A stretch of DNA of 64,000 nucleotides from positions 134,585 through 198,584 of the forward strand of contig JBBRCZ010000004.1 in the NCBI GenBank assembly GCA_038204425.1. The letters run 5' to 3'. Positions 30,413-38,846 of the stretch are shown here, piece after piece. The position numbers were made by a program, and so were the translations under genes. This stretch comes from Spirochaetia bacterium. GTDB lineage: Bacteria > Spirochaetota > Spirochaetia > DSM-27196 > Salinispiraceae. Within the stretch, counting starts at the first letter, position 1; each line of letters starts with the position of its first letter. The notes under the pieces were generated by a model. The model did not search any database. It was not told the origin of the DNA and saw only the letters and a list, made by a program, of their open reading frames with translations.

Positions 30413-31582
30413 ATGTTAGCAGTCGATTTCCCCAGTTCATTTCTAAAATCCTCACTTTTGCTAGAGCTTTCGCCGGCGGCGCTGCTGACCATCGATCATT
30501 CTGGCAGAATTCTTGCCTACAACCAACAGGTATTGCAGGTCTTAGAGCTAAGTCCTCAGGAAGTGAGCGAGTGGGGTGATACGCTCTATAAGTTTGTTGC
30601 GCCAACTCAAACCGCCACGCTCTTGGAGCACATAAAGCACTGCTTAGAAATTGAAACGCGTACTACGCTCGATTTAACACTTACTCTTAGGACTGGAAAA
30701 GAAAAGCCGATGCGCTTGAGTTCTAGGCGTATCGCGGCAAGTCTTCTGCTTGCAGCTGGCTCACTAGACACCGAGCTCTTGATAATGTGTTCTTTGGTAG
30801 AAATACCTGATCTGCGCCTTCTCGAGGACAAACTTTTACTAGCGCGTGAGCAGGAAAGCCAGGTCGACCTGATGCGCGCATTGCAAATAAACAACCTTAG
30901 TCACGACCTCAAAACTTCTCTCCACGCTATCTTAAATATTTCCAATCTCCTCTTGCAAACTGATCTCAACAAAGATCAACGTATTTGGATGGAGTCAATC
31001 GCCGAATCTTCTCTTAGTTTGGTTGGCATTGCTAATGAGCTGACAAACGATAGCGCACTGGGCGACCACCAAGAGGGTTTTACTAGTTTTAACATACGCA
31101 ATTTTTTATCTGCTATTGACGCTCTATATGCGCCGCAAGCCCTTTCGTTGGGGCTTGAGTGGCAGGTGCACTTGCAAAACCATCAGGACAGTGCCGTTTA
31201 TCAAGGCGAACCAAACCGACTACGTCAGATCCTAGCCTATTTGATTGACAACGCGCTACGCTACACTGAAGAGGGCAGAATTGACATCTTGTTGCATCGC
31301 AAAGACTACCACGAGTACCTTTCGGAATTTACGTTTGAAATTCGCGATTCTGGCCCAGGCATAGGCATTAAGGAACAAGCTACCTTGAGTAGCTTGTTGG
31401 AGTCCAAAGAGGTCAGTCATCTTGCTAGGTCAGGTCAAAAAAACGTGGGTCTCAGTCTGGCGCGAGATTTGGCCAGAAACCTTGGAGGCCAGATTTACTT
31501 CGAAAGCACGCTAGGCATGGGAAGTTCCTTCTTTTTGTCACTTCCCTTGCATCGAGAAAGCAGCCAGCCTGCCACGACTTAG
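30413..31582 (+). CDS. PAS-domain sensor histidine kinase (cytoplasmic, orphan)
   Basis: LSHDLKTSL H-box, RLRQIL.YLIDNALRYT N-box, DSGPGI G1, GLSLAR G2, STLGMGSSF. Confidence 0.88.
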   Translation: MLAVDFPSSFLKSSLLLELSPAALLTIDHSGRILAYNQQVLQVLELSPQEVSEWGDTLYKFVAPTQTATLLEHIKHCLEIETRTTLDLTLTLRTGKEKPMRLSSRRIAASLLLAAGSLDTELLIMCSLVEIPDLRLLEDKLLLAREQESQVDLMRALQINNLSHDLKTSLHAILNISNLLLQTDLNKDQRIWMESIAESSLSLVGIANELTNDSALGDHQEGFTSFNIRNFLSAIDALYAPQALSLGLEWQVHLQNHQDSAVYQGEPNRLRQILAYLIDNALRYTEEGRIDILLHRKDYHEYLSEFTFEIRDSGPGIGIKEQATLSSLLESKEVSHLARSGQKNVGLSLARDLARNLGGQIYFESTLGMGSSFFLSLPLHRESSQPATT

Positions 31583-31611
31583 GCAAGTCACTTTTTGCCT
31601 AAATCTTGCGC

Positions 31612-33696
31612 CTATTTTGAAAATATTGATCGCAGGACGTGTCTAGTAATGGTATAAAGTGGCGGAACACCTTCGGAGGCATCCAGGCGTTCTGATAAGT
31701 TGCCGCTTGGATCAAGTGGAAGATCGGAAACATAGTAGAGAAATCGCGCACGCGTAGAACTGTCCAACAGCCCAGTGTGTATCGACTCTAACATCTGACG
31801 GTGGTAGTACATTCCTTCCATCTCTATACCAACGACGTCCCACATTCGCTGATAAAACAGATACATCAACTTGTTTTGCATTAAAGTGCCCTTGACGGTC
31901 AACATCGGACCACGCAAGATTGACCGGCCTTGAGCCATAGAGCTAAGCGAGTCGATTTCACTCTCATTCTCGCTCGCCAAGGGTATAAACAAATCGTGCT
32001 CTTGTTCGAGAAAAGAACTTGGCACCAATATGTCGCCTCGCTTGCCTTGCAGAGAGCCGGCTTTGCCGAGAAAGTTTGCACTTTTAATAGTACGACCAAA
32101 CAGCAGAATGAGCTGATGGATGATGTTTTCGGCCTGCTCGCCAAAAGCAAAGTCGATATTAACGATAAGCAGATTATCTAAGTTTTTGCCGAGCTTGATG
32201 CTTGGGTCAACTTTCTGATTCTTTATCAACGACGGCCGTATCAACTGCACTTCTATGCCAGTGCTTGCCGTAGCTCCGAGCCTAACTATCCCGGCTTGTC
32301 GCTCGACTTCAAGCATTTGCTCTTCACTACCCTCGTGACTTCTAAAATAGTCTCGTGCCAATGCATATAACTGGTCTGACTTCTCTACCCACTTTTGTCG
32401 AGCAAACGGGTGATCAATGGACTCGGCCCAGGCCAGTATCTCTGGAGCATGGTTAGTAAACCAAGGGTTCAGACAGTTACTTACGGAATGAGTATTGCTA
32501 GAAATAATGTGCACGTGAACAGTGTTATCTAGTTCGGCTGGATCACAGCCAAAGAGCATTCTGGTGGCTTCGCCAATTTGACTTGACCACTTAGCAAAGT
32601 CCTTAAGATCGTAGCTTGTTTGGCGCGTTCTGACATCAATAGTAAACATTTCTCGATGGTTAACGAGATCCCATACCCGCCCTATTGGATCATTGGGCCA
32701 GACTCGCCTGATTCCTGCCACCCATTGCTGGGGAAAACCGATCTCCAATAGCAAAGCATCCTCGCCTTTGGCAACCTCGTTCTTGGCTGCTATTTCTGGG
32801 AGCACTTGAAGCGCGGCAGTGCGGTTCAAGAAATCTTTAATTTTTTGAACCCCTTTAACGGTATAGATAAAGCGACGAATTTTGCGCGCCTCGGTAGCAT
32901 AGAGGCAAAGACAGCTAACCAAGTCACAAATATCAGACATGCCGACCCGCGCCAAAACCATGTCTTTTCCGGGCATTACTTCCCAAATTGACCTTCTGCG
33001 ACCGTCGGTTAGAACTGCCTTAAAAAAGAGATCGGGGTCTTGATAGACACTAGGGAGTTCGTCCCGGATTAAAAACGCAAAGGTCGTTGTAACATTTTTT
33101 GGAAGTCGCCTAACTGCATAGTCTAGCGCCGAAGCGTCTAAGACTTCTTTGCTGCGCACAAAAGGATGCAAGGCAGGTTCTAGACCCTGATACAAGGGCA
33201 AGAGCTTTTGAATGCTGATGTAGCCGTAAGCAACTGCCCTGACGAGTTCGGCCGTAAAGAGCTCAAATGCACGAAAGATGCCTTGACGTTCTCTTAAGAT
33301 ACTTGCAAGTGCCTGAGAAAAGGCCAGCTCTTGCCGAAGCAGATCCAGCATTTCCTGCTGGCTAAAGACCAAGCAATCACATGACTCAAGTGCTCGAATA
33401 CCATAGTGCCGAGGTAGGTCAAAGATGGCCTCCCATTCTCCAAAGTAGTGCAAGGTTTCAATGACACTTACGTGTTCTGAGTTGCCGTTGACTTTGTCAG
33501 TTACTTCAACCTTGCCACTAAGGATCAAAAAAACGCGCTTGTCATGAACATCGTCTTGTTCAATGATACGTTCGTTGGCATCGTAACGCATTTGATCGCA
33601 GCGCTTCAAAAATAAGGTCATCCTCGTCGGGCTGATGAATCTAAACGGAATAACTTGGCGCACAAGATTCACCAAAGTCGGGCTATCCTTGGCCAT
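31612..33696 (-). CDS. cNMP-binding domain fused to AMP-nucleosidase/PNP-fold domain (DUF6909-like)
   Basis: N-terminal FLILSGKVEV...FGEWEAIFDLPRHYGIRA; C-terminal GKAGSL..GDILVP, GPMLTV, GIEMEG, VSDLPL; ATG 33696 below AGGAG. Confidence 0.75.
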   Translation of the reverse strand: MAKDSPTLVNLVRQVIPFRFISPTRMTLFLKRCDQMRYDANERIIEQDDVHDKRVFLILSGKVEVTDKVNGNSEHVSVIETLHYFGEWEAIFDLPRHYGIRALESCDCLVFSQQEMLDLLRQELAFSQALASILRERQGIFRAFELFTAELVRAVAYGYISIQKLLPLYQGLEPALHPFVRSKEVLDASALDYAVRRLPKNVTTTFAFLIRDELPSVYQDPDLFFKAVLTDGRRRSIWEVMPGKDMVLARVGMSDICDLVSCLCLYATEARKIRRFIYTVKGVQKIKDFLNRTAALQVLPEIAAKNEVAKGEDALLLEIGFPQQWVAGIRRVWPNDPIGRVWDLVNHREMFTIDVRTRQTSYDLKDFAKWSSQIGEATRMLFGCDPAELDNTVHVHIISSNTHSVSNCLNPWFTNHAPEILAWAESIDHPFARQKWVEKSDQLYALARDYFRSHEGSEEQMLEVERQAGIVRLGATASTGIEVQLIRPSLIKNQKVDPSIKLGKNLDNLLIVNIDFAFGEQAENIIHQLILLFGRTIKSANFLGKAGSLQGKRGDILVPSSFLEQEHDLFIPLASENESEIDSLSSMAQGRSILRGPMLTVKGTLMQNKLMYLFYQRMWDVVGIEMEGMYYHRQMLESIHTGLLDSSTRARFLYYVSDLPLDPSGNLSERLDASEGVPPLYTITRHVLRSIFSK

Positions 33697-34675
33697 TTTT
33701 GGCTCCTGTGTCCTTGCCAACAATCAGTGGACTGTGGTGGATGATTTCAGCTGTTGATTCTATGTTGAGGAATTTGTGGTAGGCATTCTGAAACGAATCA
33801 AACTGCGTATACTGGTGGATGTATTCCTCACGCAAAGTTTCTTCATTGCGAACGTACACAATTGGATTGAGCAGTACTTGTCTAACCTGATCTTCGCTAA
33901 TGCCTCGCGCTGCCAAGTAACGCATAAAGGTTAAATCAGAAAGCTTTAGTCCAAGTCTTTCATCGGAACCCAAGTAAGTAACACCATCTTTGATTTGTTC
34001 AAAAGGACCCTTGGAATAATGAAAAGCGCGCGCCGCGTCAAAGCGCGGGTTGAGAATGCCGTTGAGACACAAAGCGTCGTGCATGCGTTCTACCAATTGT
34101 TTAAAGTCAACATAGTTCATCGATGTTCTAAAGATCATTACGGCTATGTCAGTGTTTTTGGAATTTTTGTGGATTAAGGCAGGAATATCGTAGTTGACTA
34201 TAAAGAGGTCTCCGTAATGTTTTACGTTTTGTCCACTGGCGATACAAACATTGTGATTCTCGACCCAAGTGTCAAATAACTGTTCTGGTTCCAAATTGAG
34301 GATCTCAAGCGCTTCAAATGCTCCTACTATTGGCGCGTCCTCAAAACGAATGCCAAACCAATTACTAAATCTTTCTTTCATCGATTCAGTAAAGGCTGCC
34401 TTACCAGACACTGCAAAGTGCAGCTTAACGGCGTAGTATTGTTCGACAATGTGTTTACCAACGATAAACTCGCCAGGAAAGTTGGCCAAAAAAACTAGTT
34501 TGATTGAGGCTTGGTTAACATTGGCCTCTTTGACTATCTTGAGAATGGTGCTCTCAGCCAAGACACCATTGGTTTCTGGCCGTAGATAGACAAAAATGTC
34601 TTGTTCGTCCTCGCGATCACTAGGTCCTGGATAAGGCAGTATGAGCGTGGGTAGAATACTATCGCCTGAGGTCAT
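33683..34675 (-). CDS. divergent nucleoside-diphosphate-kinase-like protein
   Basis: IFVYLRPE resembles NDK xFxxIKP; FHYSKGPFE resembles the catalytic-His motif VHxSxSPxE. Confidence 0.55.
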   Translation of the reverse strand: MTSGDSILPTLILPYPGPSDREDEQDIFVYLRPETNGVLAESTILKIVKEANVNQASIKLVFLANFPGEFIVGKHIVEQYYAVKLHFAVSGKAAFTESMKERFSNWFGIRFEDAPIVGAFEALEILNLEPEQLFDTWVENHNVCIASGQNVKHYGDLFIVNYDIPALIHKNSKNTDIAVMIFRTSMNYVDFKQLVERMHDALCLNGILNPRFDAARAFHYSKGPFEQIKDGVTYLGSDERLGLKLSDLTFMRYLAARGISEDQVRQVLLNPIVYVRNEETLREEYIHQYTQFDSFQNAYHKFLNIESTAEIIHHSPLIVGKDTGAKNGQG

Positions 34676-34686
34676 GATGCTCCATT

Positions 34687-35382
34687 CTAATGCCCGAAAT
34701 CATAATCTGACACAAATATTTCTATGATTTTCGGCAATAGTTCGTTTCTTTCTATGTTATCCGTGCCACCAAGTCTCAATATATCTACTTTTTTAAAGCT
34801 TATTCCGGCGCATGAGGCAAATAGTGCTGTACAAAATAGAAAGGCCGCCATATCAGATGGGCCTTGAGGAAACGGCGCTTGAAGATCGCCTCGACCAATG
34901 GCCAAGTAAAGCGGCGTCAGAACAAAACTTGCGCACAGTAACGACAGCCAAGCAATTCTGGAAACCAAGGCTGTGACAACAAAAACGATCATAGAGAGCA
35001 TAAAAGGGAGCGGCAGCATAACCAAACAGGCGCCAAAAAAAATAGCAAGGCTCCAGTGGCCACCAAAGTGGCGTAGCACCGAAAACCGTGCGCCGACTAG
35101 TGCAGCTGCGCTCAGAAAAAAAGAATAAATGAACCAGACTTGGCTAGTTTCTGTCAGAAATGCAGTTACAGATGCAAGTAAGACAAGCACCATGGCAAGC
35201 ATAAAATACCAAGTACTTACCAAAATTGTCTTGAGGCGCTTTTTTTCTCCTTGATCGGACTGGTGGTCAGAATGCTGATCAGACAGCTGGCTCGAGCTTT
35301 TAAAAAGTTTGTCGACAAATTCGACTACCGGGAGTCCCCCAGCCAAGTAAGAAATCAGTATCAAAAAAATCAGAACTAGCAT
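34687..35382 (-). CDS. PlsY-like polytopic membrane protein with eroded catalytic motifs
   Basis: ISYLAGGLP start and PlsY-like TM layout; GSGNxGxTN, GGKG and HxxN motifs absent. Confidence 0.6.
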   Translation of the reverse strand: MLVLIFLILISYLAGGLPVVEFVDKLFKSSSQLSDQHSDHQSDQGEKKRLKTILVSTWYFMLAMVLVLLASVTAFLTETSQVWFIYSFFLSAAALVGARFSVLRHFGGHWSLAIFFGACLVMLPLPFMLSMIVFVVTALVSRIAWLSLLCASFVLTPLYLAIGRGDLQAPFPQGPSDMAAFLFCTALFASCAGISFKKVDILRLGGTDNIERNELLPKIIEIFVSDYDFGH

Positions 35383-35389
35383 GGCTTAT

Positions 35390-35418
35390 ATCCTACTGCT
35401 GATAGTCTTCAATCACAA
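35390..35418 (-). promoter_or_regulatory. sigma70-type promoter TTGTGA-17-TAGGAT, 7 nt above ATG 35382
   Basis: Consensus-like; would let the three downstream genes be transcribed independently of pheST. Confidence 0.4.
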
Positions 35419-35428
35419 GACCAGCTGA

Positions 35429-37177
35429 CTAATGCGCTGCGAGTACCATTTCGGCGGCCACACAAGGCACGGTTATTCCCCAGTTTTCGAGCACGCCTGG
35501 GTGAAGCTCGCCAAATACCCCGATTGATTTTCCGTTGACGATGATTTCCGCGCGACGTCCTGGCATGTACTCTTTTTTATCGCTTTCTTTGAGCACGTAG
35601 TCCCAGCCGAGATAATACATCAAAGCTTGCAGATGAGCGTTGATAAAGTTGAAGTCAGCATCACTCTTGGCTGCCAAAAAACCAAGGCTTGTTTCTGTTC
35701 TAGAACCGTAGTTTTCTTTTCGATCCTGAATTGCGGTTTTGCCTACTTCAAAGACTAAGTGCGGATACGGAGCGTTGGCGCTAAAGGCCTCGGCATTTAG
35801 CAAGCAAGGTACTATCGAAGCGCGAACAAACTCAAAGTTTTCTGACATCGGGTTAGAAATCTGAACCAAACCAGGGTTAGGAATAACGTCGCCCAAGCTC
35901 TCGCCTTGGCCAAGTGCGGAAGTTTTTTGAGCCAAATCAGGGTCCATTTTCCAAATATAGTCTCTAGCAGATCCTAAATAATTGAAAATCATCTCTTGAT
36001 AGCCAAGCCCAACCATCAGACTTTTGACTTTTCGGGACAAAATTTCGGTATCAGTCAGGCGACCCACGGTAAAGGCACGGGGCAGCTCTGACTCAAAACT
36101 ATCCATGCCGCGACCAATCATCACGTCTTCGATTATGTCGACCTCGTGCAAAAAGTCGTTGCGATACGCGGCCGGCAATAAGGTCACATTTTGGCCTTCT
36201 ATGCTTGCTTGGTTGCCCATGCGTTGCAAGGCTTCAACAATTTCTTTGCCACTGAGCTCTTGGCCCAAAAGTTTATTGATGCTGGCAATGTTGGTAGAAA
36301 TTGCTTTCTGAAAATACAAGGGACTAACAACTTTTGTGCCAAAGACGTTCTCACTGGGATATTCGATCTCTATGTGCTCAATTGTAAAACCCATATCCGC
36401 CATATCACAAGCGATAATGTTGCATGCCAACATGAGACTTTGCAGTTCAGTTCCCGTTAGTTCGACAAAAAGTTTATCGTCACCGAGCTTAACTGCGCCC
36501 AAGTCATTTGAGTTAATAATGGGCGGAAAACTGAGCACATCACCCTTGGCGTCAAGCAAGATAGGATAGTTTTTGGCTTGAGCAAGAATATGCCCAAACT
36601 CCTTGCCTTTGGGATGATCACGAAGGATTTCGCTGAGCGTTGCTTTTTTCTCCATACCGAGCGCTACAAATGAAACCGAATCTGGTGCAACGGCTTTATA
36701 GCTGACAGGAAAATTGATCAAATCTGCTCGATAGATGCCCATTGCGATGCCTTTGCGCTTTTGGCCAAAGTTCCAACACAGCTTTTCTTGTGACTGAATT
36801 AAGCTCGCAAGCATGGTCTGATCGACCGCTTTGCCTTTGGCAACAAATCCTGCAACAAAGGGCCTGACTTCTTGTACACTCAGATCAACTTTGATCGTTG
36901 GCATTGATTTTTCGACACCTGGTAGGTGACCAGAAAAAAAGTTCCATGGCTTGGTGACGCCAGTTTGATAAGTTTTAATACAGCGTGCCAATCCTGCGGT
37001 GCTCCACAGGTCGGGTCGATTAGTGTCGTTCAACTCTACTTTTATAGTTCCTTCGGCATTGAGCGCCTCATCCAGTTCTGCCTTGGCAGCAGGAAACACT
37101 TGCTCAAGCTCGCTCATACTTGGCTTCTTGCCAAGGTAATTACTCAGTTCTGCGTAGTTTACTTCTATTTTTGGCAT
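35429..37177 (-). CDS. pheT: phenylalanine--tRNA ligase beta subunit (short, archaeal/eukaryal type)
   Basis: NDTNRPDLWS, SFPPIINS, YRNDFLHEVDIIEDV, FGELHP; real start MPKIEV at 37177. Confidence 0.95.
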   Translation of the reverse strand: MPKIEVNYAELSNYLGKKPSMSELEQVFPAAKAELDEALNAEGTIKVELNDTNRPDLWSTAGLARCIKTYQTGVTKPWNFFSGHLPGVEKSMPTIKVDLSVQEVRPFVAGFVAKGKAVDQTMLASLIQSQEKLCWNFGQKRKGIAMGIYRADLINFPVSYKAVAPDSVSFVALGMEKKATLSEILRDHPKGKEFGHILAQAKNYPILLDAKGDVLSFPPIINSNDLGAVKLGDDKLFVELTGTELQSLMLACNIIACDMADMGFTIEHIEIEYPSENVFGTKVVSPLYFQKAISTNIASINKLLGQELSGKEIVEALQRMGNQASIEGQNVTLLPAAYRNDFLHEVDIIEDVMIGRGMDSFESELPRAFTVGRLTDTEILSRKVKSLMVGLGYQEMIFNYLGSARDYIWKMDPDLAQKTSALGQGESLGDVIPNPGLVQISNPMSENFEFVRASIVPCLLNAEAFSANAPYPHLVFEVGKTAIQDRKENYGSRTETSLGFLAAKSDADFNFINAHLQALMYYLGWDYVLKESDKKEYMPGRRAEIIVNGKSIGVFGELHPGVLENWGITVPCVAAEMVLAAH

Positions 37178-37196
37178 ACTATTTACCTCGTTTAGT

Positions 37197-38750
37197 TCAG
37201 TCTCTGCGGCGCAAGCGCACGCTCTCGATGTTGGGCGAGAACAGCTCACGCAAATCGTTGATGCCAAGGTGCATCAACGCCATTCTGTCGATGCCCAGAC
37301 CCCAAGCCAAAACCGGTACGTCGATACCCATTGGAATCGTGACTTCTGGCCTAAGAATTCCTGCGCCGCCAAGTTCAAACCAGCCTAAGACCGGATGTTT
37401 TATATGAACTTCGACTGATGGTTCGGTAAAGGGAAAGTAACCAGGAACATACCTGACCTCAGTAGCGCCAGCCAGTTCTTCTGCAAACATTTTGAGCAAT
37501 CCCAAAAGATTCTTTAGATTAACATCGTTGCCAAGAACGATGCCCTCTGTTTGATAGAAATCCGAAAGGTGCGTTGCATCCACTTGGTCGTAGCGGAAGC
37601 AGCGCAAAATTCCAAAGTATTTTCCTGGAATCTTGGCTTTATGCAGCGTCTTGGCTGACATTACGGTGCCTTGGCTTCGCAGAATTAGTCGTCTTGTAAA
37701 GTCGCGATCAAACTTGTAGTTCCATCCCCTACTGCCCGTCCCGGCGCCGTTTTCGTGCGCCGCTGCTACTTTGTTGAGAAACTGCGGCTCAATTAAGGCT
37801 GCCTGGCGTGGCTCTTTTACGTAATAGACGTCATGAATATCGCGTGCGCTATGAAATTGAGGCATAAAGAGCGCATCAGAGTTCCAAAACTCGGTTTCTA
37901 CCAAGGGGCCGTCAAACTCTTCAAAACCAAAACCAACTAGTCTGTCTTTAACATGGTCCAAAAACTCGCAATAGGAGTTTCGTCTTCCAAGCAAGGCCCT
38001 AGCGGCCTGCACACCAATATTAAAAGGCCTAAAGGTCTTCTTGCGCCAAGATCCATCTTTGAGCATTGCACTAGTCAGTGAGTTAATTTCTTCGCCAGTA
38101 ACGCCTGCTTTTTTGGCCGCCTCGCGAAGCTCATTAGAAAAATTTGTAAACTTATACTCAACGGTTTCGCGGTCAACCAGTCGAAACATTGCACTTCCGG
38201 CGCCACGTTTTTTGCTAACCGGTTCTAGCAGTGCAAGCTGCTCAGCTGACAGGCTTGAAGCAGCAAGGGTCTTGAGTTCGGCCTGGCTTGCTTGTTTGAG
38301 TATCTGGCTAAGCTTGGAAAAACTAGGCGGAAGATCATTAAGCAAGAGTGTCGCCTTTTTTTCGCCGCTCATGTTTGCAATGCCAAGCTTGGAAAGCGTA
38401 CCAAAAGCGGAGCCAACATCTTTGTTCTCTAGCCCCGCATGTTGCGCTAGTTCAGGAAGACTTGAAGGACCAAACTCAATCAAAGCTTTGTGTACTTTTT
38501 CTTCAGCTGTGCCTTCGAGTCCAGCTTTTTCACCAAGTTCGGTTAGTTCATAAAAAATCTCAGTGCTGCGACCATGTTCGACAACCGCGCCCTTGCCCTC
38601 AAGCCAGTTTAAGGCCTGATTAGCCTGCCCAACATTGTAAGCCAATGTTGATTCAAGCTTGGAAGAACTGATGATGGTATCTTCTGTAAAACCTAAAAGA
38701 ACCCGAACCTCAAGTGGGTGCAGGCTCCGTGCGAGACTGTTGACGTCCAT
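37197..38750 (-). CDS. pheS: phenylalanine--tRNA ligase alpha subunit (long, archaeal/eukaryal type)
   Basis: FWNSDALFMPQFHSARD, FRYDQVDATH, YFPFTEPS, AWGLGIDR. Confidence 0.96.
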   Translation of the reverse strand: MDVNSLARSLHPLEVRVLLGFTEDTIISSSKLESTLAYNVGQANQALNWLEGKGAVVEHGRSTEIFYELTELGEKAGLEGTAEEKVHKALIEFGPSSLPELAQHAGLENKDVGSAFGTLSKLGIANMSGEKKATLLLNDLPPSFSKLSQILKQASQAELKTLAASSLSAEQLALLEPVSKKRGAGSAMFRLVDRETVEYKFTNFSNELREAAKKAGVTGEEINSLTSAMLKDGSWRKKTFRPFNIGVQAARALLGRRNSYCEFLDHVKDRLVGFGFEEFDGPLVETEFWNSDALFMPQFHSARDIHDVYYVKEPRQAALIEPQFLNKVAAAHENGAGTGSRGWNYKFDRDFTRRLILRSQGTVMSAKTLHKAKIPGKYFGILRCFRYDQVDATHLSDFYQTEGIVLGNDVNLKNLLGLLKMFAEELAGATEVRYVPGYFPFTEPSVEVHIKHPVLGWFELGGAGILRPEVTIPMGIDVPVLAWGLGIDRMALMHLGINDLRELFSPNIESVRLRRRD

Positions 38751-38846
38751 GGCGCTCTCCTCAACGGACTTTTATATGGCAAATCAAGACGACTGTAAAG
38801 TGAATACAGGCGAGGCAATTTCAAAGACTTTTGAAACTGCCTCAGA

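Noticed and set aside
27850..33696. Calling the cyclase plus cNMP-effector a Pycsar system outright
   Set aside because: Cyclase is membrane-bound with a sensor domain, separated by two opposite-strand genes, and in core-genome context; kept only as a hypothesis
35429..38750. Archaeal/eukaryal-type PheRS as a novel gene transfer
   Set aside because: Well-established ancestral feature of spirochetes; used only as a taxonomic clue
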